Shown piece by piece: positions 37,147-45,647 of a stretch of DNA of 64,000 nucleotides (position 1 is its first letter; every line of letters starts with the position of its first letter). The notes below the pieces were generated by a model. The model was not told the origin of the DNA. It worked only from the letters and a program-made list of their open reading frames with translations, and did no database searches. Made by a program: the position numbers and the translations under genes. The stretch comes from Armatimonadota bacterium. Lineage in GTDB: Bacteria; Armatimonadota; HRBIN16. The DNA is taken from the NCBI GenBank assembly GCA_963677485.1, contig OY781964.1, forward strand, positions 3,296,001 through 3,360,000. The letters are read 5' to 3'.

Positions 37147-39324
37147 ATGTGGAAGAAAATGGGGATGTGTCTGCTCGCGGCTGTGACGCTGAGTTCCGCA
37201 GCACTGGCACAAAGTGGAGGCACCTGGGACACCTACAGCGACACCTGGGTGGCCACTGATGGCTTGAAACGAGAGCTGCCTAACAGCCCAAAGGCGAGAG
37301 CGCCGCAGGCGAAGAAGCAGATCGCGATGTTCTATTTCCTTTGGATGGACACCCATGCCTATAGCGGCCCGCATGACATCACTCAGATTTTAAAGCAGGA
37401 CCCTCAGGCACGATTCAAGCCAGACAGTCCGTTGTGGGGAAAAGATGGGGCCTTCCACTACTGGGGCGAGCCGCGGTTTGGTTATTACACCGATGATGAT
37501 CTGTGGGTCATCAAGAAACACGCGCAGATGCTCGCTGATGCTGGTGTCGATCTGATCGTGTTCGACACCACCAACAACTGGACCTACAAGCCGTTCTACA
37601 TGGCGCTGCTGCAGGGTTTCTGCGAGGTGCGTGCCAACGGCGGACGAACACCGCAGATCACCTTCCTGTGCCCATTCGGTGACCCCACCGCCTCGGTCAC
37701 CCAAGTCTGGCAGGACCTCTACACCAAGGGGCTATACAAGGATCTGTGGTATAAACTCGACGGCAAGCCGTTGATCCTGGCGGACATGGATGCGCTGGCG
37801 ACCGGTTTTGGCAACAACGCGCAGAACGCCCCGGATTCTCTGAAGCCTGGTATGACGTTGGCACAGAGCTTCACATCAGCTGAACCATTCGTTTCTGTCG
37901 CTGCCCGCACTCCTACCTGGAGCACGAAGGGTTCTGGGTATACCATGAAGCTGTTCAAGGGCGGTGTCAATGGCGAGCTCGTGGCTCAAAAGAAGTTCAC
38001 TAATGTAAGCGATAACGCCATGGTCACCCTTCAAGTCACACCGGCACAGCCGGCCGGTCAGTATACCATTCAGATCAGCAACCCTGTGGGCACCATCGGA
38101 TGGTGGAGCAACACGGATGACGTGTATAAAGACGGCGAGGCGATGACCAATGGCAAGCCAGTGCCGGGCGATCGCGTATTCAGGGTCTCGCCGCAAGATG
38201 ATGAGGCGGTGAGAATTCGCCAGTTCTTCACAGCCCGAAAACCGATGCCCAGTTATTTCGCCGGATCTGACGGCCCGAACCAGTGGGGCTGGCTGGAAAT
38301 CTACCCTCAGCACGTGTTCAAGAACGCCAAGGGCGAGGCGGAGATGATGTGCGTGGGTACCGCTCAAAACGCCGCCGACGGGAAGCTGGACGCCATGTCC
38401 AATCCGCTCTCTCTGGGCCGCAGCTATGTGAAGGGCACCATACCCAAGGACACCAGCAAGACCGCTTACGGGCTCAACTTCGAGGAGCAGTGGGGCCGGG
38501 CGAAGAAGATCGACCCGCAGTTCATCTTCGTGACCGGTTGGAACGAGTGGATCGCCCAACGGTTCAAAACCCCCGAAGGCACCGTGCAGTTCGTGGATCA
38601 ATATGACATCGAGCACAGCCGCGACATCGAGCCGATGAAGAGCGGATTCGGCGACGCCTACTACTACCAGTTCGTCAACTACGCACGGCAGTTCAAAGGG
38701 GCACGTCCCATTCCTGTGGCTGGCAAGTCCAAGACGATATCCTTAAAGTCTGACTTCGCTCAGTGGAGCGACGTCAAGCCGGAGTTCCGTGATGACATCG
38801 GCGATGTTTACCATCGCAACCACCGCGGTTATCACAACTTCACGACGTATATCAATGAGACTGGCCGAAACGACATCGTGGTGGCAAAAGTGAGCCGCGA
38901 CAAGCTCAACCTGAGCTTCTACGTGCGCTGCCAGAATGCGATCACCGACCCCTCTGGTGCCAGCCGATGGATGCAGCTCTATCTGGACATAGATAAGAAA
39001 CACACCAATGGTTGGAATGGCTACGATTACCGCTTGAACGGCTCAGTGCTGAATGATGCGGCCGGCCCCTACATCGTTCTGGAACGGTGCCTGGGCGGTT
39101 GGAAGTGGAAGGTGGTTGCGAAGGTTCGTCTGAGTCTGAGCGGTAGGGAGTTGATGGTGCAGATACCACGCAAGGCGCTGGGACTCAGCAGCTCAGACAA
39201 GGGGTTAAGCATCGATTTCAAGTGGGTGGACAACGCCCTGAAGACGGGCGATATCCTCGAGCTGCTTGAGGATGGCGATACCGCGCCCAACGCACGCTTC
39301 AACTACCGCTACCAGGTTAAGTAG
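37147..39324 (+). CDS. secreted glycoside hydrolase, GH99/GH71-like barrel (paralog 2, tandem duplicate)
   Basis: Colinear and highly similar to 34837-37032 over the full length. AGGAGG upstream of ATG 37147. Confidence 0.7.
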   Translation: MWKKMGMCLLAAVTLSSAALAQSGGTWDTYSDTWVATDGLKRELPNSPKARAPQAKKQIAMFYFLWMDTHAYSGPHDITQILKQDPQARFKPDSPLWGKDGAFHYWGEPRFGYYTDDDLWVIKKHAQMLADAGVDLIVFDTTNNWTYKPFYMALLQGFCEVRANGGRTPQITFLCPFGDPTASVTQVWQDLYTKGLYKDLWYKLDGKPLILADMDALATGFGNNAQNAPDSLKPGMTLAQSFTSAEPFVSVAARTPTWSTKGSGYTMKLFKGGVNGELVAQKKFTNVSDNAMVTLQVTPAQPAGQYTIQISNPVGTIGWWSNTDDVYKDGEAMTNGKPVPGDRVFRVSPQDDEAVRIRQFFTARKPMPSYFAGSDGPNQWGWLEIYPQHVFKNAKGEAEMMCVGTAQNAADGKLDAMSNPLSLGRSYVKGTIPKDTSKTAYGLNFEEQWGRAKKIDPQFIFVTGWNEWIAQRFKTPEGTVQFVDQYDIEHSRDIEPMKSGFGDAYYYQFVNYARQFKGARPIPVAGKSKTISLKSDFAQWSDVKPEFRDDIGDVYHRNHRGYHNFTTYINETGRNDIVVAKVSRDKLNLSFYVRCQNAITDPSGASRWMQLYLDIDKKHTNGWNGYDYRLNGSVLNDAAGPYIVLERCLGGWKWKVVAKVRLSLSGRELMVQIPRKALGLSSSDKGLSIDFKWVDNALKTGDILELLEDGDTAPNARFNYRYQVK

Positions 39325-39337
39325 ACAGCAAACCTCG

Positions 39338-39360
39338 GGGGCACCGCGTGCGGTGCCCCC
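39338..39360. terminator. hairpin between convergent genes
   Basis: GGGGCACCGC-GT-GCGGTGCCCC; no clear U-tract. Confidence 0.5.
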
Positions 39361-39390
39361 ATGCTCATATACGCTCGCTGCCGTTTGTAG

Positions 39391-40737
39391 TTATAGTCCA
39401 GCAGCCCCTCCGGGTACCAGCACAGCTCTGAAGTTTTTGCCGACCTCGACCGTGGCACTATAACTGCCCGCTGTGGTAGCTCGGTAATAACAAAAGCCCC
39501 AAGCACGGCATTTCGCTGGTACACTACTGTCCATAGAAGTCATCCCGAGTGCTGGCAGGGTTGATCCATTTGGCATGACACCACGGGTCGGTATAGTGGT
39601 TATTTTGTAACGCGGGTCGGTCGTCTTGTCGGTTAGCAGCAGCGCCACTGACCAGTCGACCAGGAGCTGTTCGGCAGTATATCCCGTTACCTTTTTAAGG
39701 TTGTCATCATTGATATAAGGTGAGGTGCCACCGATCTGCTTAGTTGCCTCAGGTCCAAACCGGTCGTTCAGGTATGCACAAAATGGGAACCCGCCGCCAT
39801 ACATGAACTGGCTGTTTGTGAGAATATAGGAAAATCCATTCGGGTAACGAAGGAAATTCGAGTAGAGGGCTGAGGAAAAGTGATCAGGGGCTGTTTTGAA
39901 CCACGCAAATTCTGACATGCCTTCATTAATCGTTTTGTATCCGCCATTACCTTTGCCTTGCCACCAGATGCTGTGGTGAAGCTCGTGTGCGAATAACCCC
40001 GCCATCATCTCATTATTGTTCATTGAAGCCGAAGTAAGGTCTATTGTGATCATATCGACCCCGTTTAAGGAACTAATGTCGGGAGAGAATATCCCAGAAT
40101 CGGTGATTGACATGCCAAGCACGTATATCTTTGGATCATGATCAATGTCACTAGTAGGGCCGAAGAGCGCCACATCAAGCTCGTAGACACGATCGAACTC
40201 TGTCACAGCGTACTCAATTTCATCATCCGGAATCATCGAACTGATCTCAGCAGGTATCCATATGTAACAATGCGTACCTATGGCCCGCAACTCCATGTTG
40301 AACTCGGTGGCTGGGTTACCCACTTTGAAGAGGTGGGTATCGCCCACCTCTGGCATATAAACTCTCGTGGATCGTGTTGCCGGGGTGGTTTTGCTGATTT
40401 GGCTCATAAGATTGCCCGTAATCGCATGATCATCTTCCGACGGTACAGAGCAGCTGGTCCGGTTTTGGGTGCCGACTTGAGCCACTGTGATTGGCTCATA
40501 TGGTGGCTGGGTATCCATCTCAGGCCACGGTGCAGGATCACCAGTGCGGTATACCACCAGCACATCATCGGGATGTACGTCGAAGCGTGCCACGCCAAGT
40601 GCATCAAACAGAACCGGGCGATATGGCAGGTTCTGATCAGATGTCGAATCTGAGTTCCCTCCGCAACCCGTAAAGCCAATGGCTACTGCAAGAATTGCCA
40701 GTATGGAGGTAAAGCGATATTTCCGATTAATAGACAT
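39391..40737 (-). CDS. lipoprotein zinc metallopeptidase (HEXXH; M30/hyicolysin-like)
   Basis: Lipobox FTGC; DIDHDPKIYVL, FAHELHH and INEGMSE; GGAGG RBS. Confidence 0.75.
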   Translation of the reverse strand: MSINRKYRFTSILAILAVAIGFTGCGGNSDSTSDQNLPYRPVLFDALGVARFDVHPDDVLVVYRTGDPAPWPEMDTQPPYEPITVAQVGTQNRTSCSVPSEDDHAITGNLMSQISKTTPATRSTRVYMPEVGDTHLFKVGNPATEFNMELRAIGTHCYIWIPAEISSMIPDDEIEYAVTEFDRVYELDVALFGPTSDIDHDPKIYVLGMSITDSGIFSPDISSLNGVDMITIDLTSASMNNNEMMAGLFAHELHHSIWWQGKGNGGYKTINEGMSEFAWFKTAPDHFSSALYSNFLRYPNGFSYILTNSQFMYGGGFPFCAYLNDRFGPEATKQIGGTSPYINDDNLKKVTGYTAEQLLVDWSVALLLTDKTTDPRYKITTIPTRGVMPNGSTLPALGMTSMDSSVPAKCRAWGFCYYRATTAGSYSATVEVGKNFRAVLVPGGAAGL

Positions 40738-41298
40738 AGAAACCTCCGATATATAACATAAGATCGTGTGATCTTTATGGAGTATTGCATATTTACACCG
40801 TCGCTGTCACTCAATATATGACTCCGAAAGATCATCGAGCTGTCGGGACACAGATAGCCACATCAAGCTGTCACTGCTTCGGCTCCTTCACAGATCGGCA
40901 CGTGAGCGGGCACACTTGAGATGGCCGCATCGATTTTGAGCGCTGCCGGTAACGGGGATGATAGGGACACGAACTCATTTATTAGTTCGGTCATGACTAG
41001 CACTCGGGTGAAGTATTTCCGAATCATGATAAGAAACCTCCAGCCATTCAATAGACAGAAAATGGCCCTGTATAAATCGTGATATGAGTGTGACTGCCTT
41101 CCGTAACAGATTGGTGTCTTATATGATACCTTGACAGGCGGAGTTATTGTGTATAGTTACTGGTAAATTTGCCATGAAGTGTACTAAATCATTCATATAT
41201 CGCCATGATCAGCCTATATGATGCTTACAGATACACTGGAAGTAATCACACTATTGTGCTATATTGTTGGCAATACAAACCCAAATCGGAGGCAACCA

Positions 41299-42324
41299 AT
41301 GGTTCGAGTCGCGATTACCGGATTAGCCCACGGCCACGTAAACGCCTATGTGAATGTATGGCAGCAGAGACCGGAACTTGATATTGAAGTGGTCAGTTGC
41401 TGGGACCGCCAGGCGGAGCGCGCCCAGGCCTTCGCAACCCAGTTTAACATCCCCTGCGTAGCGGAACTTGACGAGATACTGAACGATAAGTCGATAGAGG
41501 CCGTAGTCGTAGCCAGCGAAACAGCCTTCCATTCTGAGTTGGTTGTGAAGGCTGCCAACGCCGGCAAAGTGGTGATCCTGCAGAAGCCCATGGCATTGAC
41601 CCTTGAGCAGGCAGACGCCATCGTAGAGGCCGTGAAGGCCAACAACACCCGCTTCACCATGGCCTGGCAGATGCGCGTAGACCCCGAGAACCTGCGCATG
41701 AAAGAACTTCTAGCGACCAATGACTTCGGCAAGATTTTGATGGCACGCCGACGGCACTGCCTCTCTACCCACACCTGGCCTGGTTTTGAGAACACCTGGC
41801 ACAACTCCGCCGAACTGAACCGCGACATCTGGGCTGACGATGCCTCTCACCCGATGGATATGCTGCACTGGCTGCTTGGCGTGCCGGCTTCCATCACCGC
41901 GGAGATCAGCACCATCGTGAACCCCAAAGTGAAGAACGACAACGGCATCGCCATCCTGCGCTACGACAGTGGCCTGATCGCTGAGGTTGTCAGCAGCTTC
42001 ACCAGCGTGACCGGTGAGAACACCACCGAGATCCTGTGCGAGAAGGGCATGATCGTGCAGAACTACGGCGACGGCCCCAGCAGCGGTCTGCGTCCTGAGG
42101 GTGGTATCTCTCTGAAGTGGTTCCTGGCGGGCGAACCGGCATGGCATCAAGAGAACACCATCCGCACCCAGGGTGAGCGCATCCCCGGGCTGGCAGAGCC
42201 GCTGTCGATCTGGCTGCACGGCAAGCGCGACCCCATCTGCACCGCAGAGGATGGCCGCGACAGCCTGCGAATGATCCTGGCCTGCTACGAAAGCACCGAG
42301 AAGGGCTGCCGCGTCAAGCTGTAG
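41299..42324 (+). CDS. Gfo/Idh/MocA family oxidoreductase
   Basis: VRVAITG Rossmann start, H..LVVKAANAGKVVILQKPMA and DDASHPMD. GGAGG before ATG 41299. Confidence 0.88.
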   Translation: MVRVAITGLAHGHVNAYVNVWQQRPELDIEVVSCWDRQAERAQAFATQFNIPCVAELDEILNDKSIEAVVVASETAFHSELVVKAANAGKVVILQKPMALTLEQADAIVEAVKANNTRFTMAWQMRVDPENLRMKELLATNDFGKILMARRRHCLSTHTWPGFENTWHNSAELNRDIWADDASHPMDMLHWLLGVPASITAEISTIVNPKVKNDNGIAILRYDSGLIAEVVSSFTSVTGENTTEILCEKGMIVQNYGDGPSSGLRPEGGISLKWFLAGEPAWHQENTIRTQGERIPGLAEPLSIWLHGKRDPICTAEDGRDSLRMILACYESTEKGCRVKL

Positions 42325-42347
42325 GCCTTTTCGTGAACCGCCTTATT

Positions 42348-42417
42348 GGACGGATTCGACGGATACGACCGATCAACTCGATTGGCCAGATCCGTCGAAT
42401 CCGTCCGGTTTATTTTT
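42348..42417 (+). terminator. 17-bp inverted repeat followed by a T-tract
   Basis: GGACGGATTCGACGGAT ... ATCCGTCGAATCCGTCC, then GGTTTATTTTT. Confidence 0.6.
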
Positions 42418-42462
42418 AGTAGTCCGCAACCTGGGTGATGGTGACGCCCTGGGAGGTAATAT

Positions 42463-45400
42463 GTGATGCTGCTGCCCATTTTAGTTTCGGCTGTGTTGCT
42501 GGTTGTGTTCACTCGAGGATCGCAGGCGCGGACTGAAGGCATTGATTTGCTGGTGGTCAATGACTTTGAGTATGGCCTGGATGGATGGTTCACGAATGAT
42601 GCTGGCCGGAATAACCCATCCGCCACACCGTATGTGCAGATCGACATCAGCAACCAGGCGCATTCCGGCAAAGGCGCACTTGAGATGTCATTTAGCGATG
42701 TGAAGGAATGGGCCGCCGCCACCTACAGCTTGGTCCCCATCTGTCTAGCCTGGGCAGAAGCCCGCGTGGACACTCTGAATCTATGGGTAAAGGGCGATGG
42801 CCGAGAGGTGACTCTTACTGTAGGGTTCCAGGGCACCAAAGATGACATGAAGCCCGGTCTTTTCCATCGCGTTCAAGTGCCGGTCAAGGGCACCGATTGG
42901 CTGCAAGTCAGCATCCCATTCGAGCAGCTTCAAGCCAGCCAACCCGAAGTCAAGCTACGTGCCATATCGCTATATTCGCTCTACATCGGTGTGATGTCCG
43001 ACATCGCAGCAGCGAAAGTGTTGATTGATGACATAACAGTCAGCCGCCGCGGCACAGGTACACAATATCTATACGCCGGAATCCATGATGCTGCGGTAAA
43101 GCGGTTGCCGCCTGCCCGTAAAATGCCGCGGTTAGGCAACTGGTCATGGCCATTCACAAACCCCGAGTATCTTGAGCCGCTGCAGAAACTGGGTCTGGGC
43201 TTCAGCGACGGAATCACCGATGGGCCGGCCCTGGAGATGTTTTACTTTACCAAAGGCTGGCTGACAAATGTGATCCCAAACCGGCTTCGCGCTCCTCAGG
43301 CATTGGCGGGGTTAGGATTGACGTCAGAAGATATTGATCAGGATTCGCAGGGTCACCGTGCGGATAACGGATTTGAAGGCGCCGTTTACCATCCTGAAGT
43401 GATCACGCGGATGAACCACTCGTTGACCATCCAGGTGGCGCCATTGAGCAAGGCTCCGTGGGTCACCTCGTTCATCTTTACCGCTCCCACCAGTATGTAC
43501 GGTGAACTGCATTTCCCAATGTCCACCACAGGGCAGTACATGGTATTCAGCCGTCCGGCCAAGCAAAGCTTCCGTGCTTGGCTCCGGCAGGCATACGCAG
43601 GCAGTTTGTCGGCGTTACGTCAAGCGTGGGGTGAGCCTGTTCCGAGTTGGGACGTAATCGTACCACCGGATGGTCACAACGCCAACGGCGAAGGGTTGGA
43701 CATCAGCCAAAAGTGGAGCGACTTTATCCACTGGTACAACTGGTGCATGTTGGAGATAGCCCGCAACGGCTACACTACCATGCGTAACTGCACCCGAAAG
43801 CCGATTGAGGGTATGCTGGGTGGCCCAAAAGTGGGGATGGGGCAGGGGATAGAGCTGGGGAACATCGGACCGATGATGAAGATGCTAGGCAGCATCAAAC
43901 CGGCATTGTTCAATGATACCGATGCACAGACGTTATACTCAGTGCGGTATTCACAGACGGCAGCCCGGCACTATGGCGTGACGCTGATGGTGGAACACGT
44001 GGGGCCTCCTTACCTGGCGCTGGCCCATCAGTATGAGATGCTGTTGAACGGTCTGGCTGTTGGTGCCAGTGTATTCCATCTGGCCCATCTGGGTGAGTTG
44101 TTCCAGCCTGAGCACTTCTTCGCGAAGGCGTGGCGGGCACTGGCTCCTGTGGTTCGTGAAGTTGATACGCCCGGAACTCAGTCCAAAGCGTTGATGTTCC
44201 ACAGCTATATGACCGCGTGGTATCGAAAATCCCGAAACAATGCCGATGGTCTGAACCTGTACGACGGTGTGAATACCTTGTGGTCGAGTGGTCTGGGATA
44301 CCCGAGCTGGGGACGAGTGTTGGATAGCCCCGGTGTGGCCGACGATCAGATGGTCGAAGACGGGGTGCTAAAAGGGCATACGCTGCTGGTGATACCAAAC
44401 GCCAGTGTGACGGTCACTTCCCAGAAGGCAGTTCGATCGATACTTGATTGGGTGAAAGCTGGTGGCATGCTCATCGGGTTTGGCGAGGGGTGTTTGGGCT
44501 ACACGGTGCTCCCCAACCGGCAATTACGCCCATCGCCAGGTTTTGCAGATACTTTCACAAACCAGCAGCTAGCCGATGCCAGGAAGCAGGGCCTGCCGCG
44601 ACTGGAAAAACAGCTAGGCAAGGGGCGTGTGGTGCTGTATCTACGTGCTGCTGATGTGGAGGAGCGAATGCCCGACGGCAGCAAGTTTGTAGATTGGGTG
44701 ATGCCCCAACTAGCCAATGAGGCCGCCAAGGCAGGGGTGAAGCCAAAAGTGACCAGTGACGCAGGTGACACCGTGAACCCGCTTTATGCTGGCCAGGATC
44801 GATCCACTCGTCGCCATATTTTCACGTTGGACACAATAGTCAAAACCAGGGGTTCCAGTGTTCCGGTGTTCGTCACAAATCAACGCGTGAGGCTGCTGTT
44901 TGACAAGTCACTGCGGGGTGAGGCGGAGTTGATCAATATCACGGATAGTTTTGAGTCGGTGCAGGGCGGAAAGGCAGCCTTCGACGCCGATGACCGCGTT
45001 CTGCGCATACGCTTCAGTGTGCCCACTGAGCTGGTGATATCCTATGGTGACAGCGCGAGCGGGATAAAAGCAGCGCGACACCCATTGCTGTTCTGGGATC
45101 ACACGACGCTGGTATTGAGCCCGGCAGGTGAGTTCGGCGTGAGGCAAACGCAGGAACCCATCACTGTTGGAGCTGACGGCAGCCTTTCACCCGCCGATGT
45201 CAAAGTGACCCGGTTGATCCATGGTGACATGCATCGGGCAAACCACGGGCGCGGCCCCACCTTCCAGTTGCAGCTAAGGCGCAAGGGAGCGGTTCATATC
45301 AGCGTGAACTCCGTCTCAACCGATGCGGTTTTGGTGGTATACCTCGATGCAGTCGAAGTGCTGCGCCAGATGTTAAGCCGCTCCGATAGCCACACAGTGC

Positions 45401-45525
45401 CACCTGTCGGTGAGATACATCGCACTTTCAGCGTGGATGTGCCAGCGGGTGAACACACTGTGAAGATCGATAACCTGGGTGCCGACTGGATGTCGATTGA
45501 CGACTACCGGTTTGAAGGATTATGA
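42463..45525 (+). CDS. secreted multidomain protein: CBM-like N-terminus, GH42-like barrel and trimerisation-like domain
   Basis: Signal peptide; NDFE...AHSGKGALEM...LWVKGDG...W.QVSIPF (CBM11/CIA30-like); FRAWLRQAY.GSLSALRQAWG; ILDWVKAGGMLI. Confidence 0.65.
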   Translation: MMLLPILVSAVLLVVFTRGSQARTEGIDLLVVNDFEYGLDGWFTNDAGRNNPSATPYVQIDISNQAHSGKGALEMSFSDVKEWAAATYSLVPICLAWAEARVDTLNLWVKGDGREVTLTVGFQGTKDDMKPGLFHRVQVPVKGTDWLQVSIPFEQLQASQPEVKLRAISLYSLYIGVMSDIAAAKVLIDDITVSRRGTGTQYLYAGIHDAAVKRLPPARKMPRLGNWSWPFTNPEYLEPLQKLGLGFSDGITDGPALEMFYFTKGWLTNVIPNRLRAPQALAGLGLTSEDIDQDSQGHRADNGFEGAVYHPEVITRMNHSLTIQVAPLSKAPWVTSFIFTAPTSMYGELHFPMSTTGQYMVFSRPAKQSFRAWLRQAYAGSLSALRQAWGEPVPSWDVIVPPDGHNANGEGLDISQKWSDFIHWYNWCMLEIARNGYTTMRNCTRKPIEGMLGGPKVGMGQGIELGNIGPMMKMLGSIKPALFNDTDAQTLYSVRYSQTAARHYGVTLMVEHVGPPYLALAHQYEMLLNGLAVGASVFHLAHLGELFQPEHFFAKAWRALAPVVREVDTPGTQSKALMFHSYMTAWYRKSRNNADGLNLYDGVNTLWSSGLGYPSWGRVLDSPGVADDQMVEDGVLKGHTLLVIPNASVTVTSQKAVRSILDWVKAGGMLIGFGEGCLGYTVLPNRQLRPSPGFADTFTNQQLADARKQGLPRLEKQLGKGRVVLYLRAADVEERMPDGSKFVDWVMPQLANEAAKAGVKPKVTSDAGDTVNPLYAGQDRSTRRHIFTLDTIVKTRGSSVPVFVTNQRVRLLFDKSLRGEAELINITDSFESVQGGKAAFDADDRVLRIRFSVPTELVISYGDSASGIKAARHPLLFWDHTTLVLSPAGEFGVRQTQEPITVGADGSLSPADVKVTRLIHGDMHRANHGRGPTFQLQLRRKGAVHISVNSVSTDAVLVVYLDAVEVLRQMLSRSDSHTVPPVGEIHRTFSVDVPAGEHTVKIDNLGADWMSIDDYRFEGL

Positions 45526-45543
45526 CCATCAGCTTCATGCATC

Positions 45544-45585
45544 ATCACATACCCCCCAGCGCAGATGCGCTGGGGGGTATGTGAT
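45544..45585. terminator. near-perfect 20-bp hairpin between convergent genes
   Basis: ATCACATACCCCCCAGCGCA-GA-TGCGCTGGGGGGTATGTGAT. Confidence 0.6.
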
Positions 45586-45586
45586 C

Positions 45587-45647
45587 GTAGGGGCAAGCCC
45601 CTGTGCTTGCCCGTTTAACGGTTTGGGCGAGGAGACCTCGCCCCTAC
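45587..45647. repeat. GTAG REP pair overlapping the GH38 stop codon
   Basis: GTAGGGGCAAGCCCCTGTGCTTGCCC and GGGCGAGGAGACCTCGCCCCTAC. Confidence 0.75.

Noticed and set aside
40738-41298. AT-rich intergenic region with several (T/C)CATGA-like motifs and a 62-aa ORF
   Set aside because: The motifs are short and irregularly spaced, and the ORF has no recognisable features. It is probably a divergent promoter region, but no specific site can be supported.
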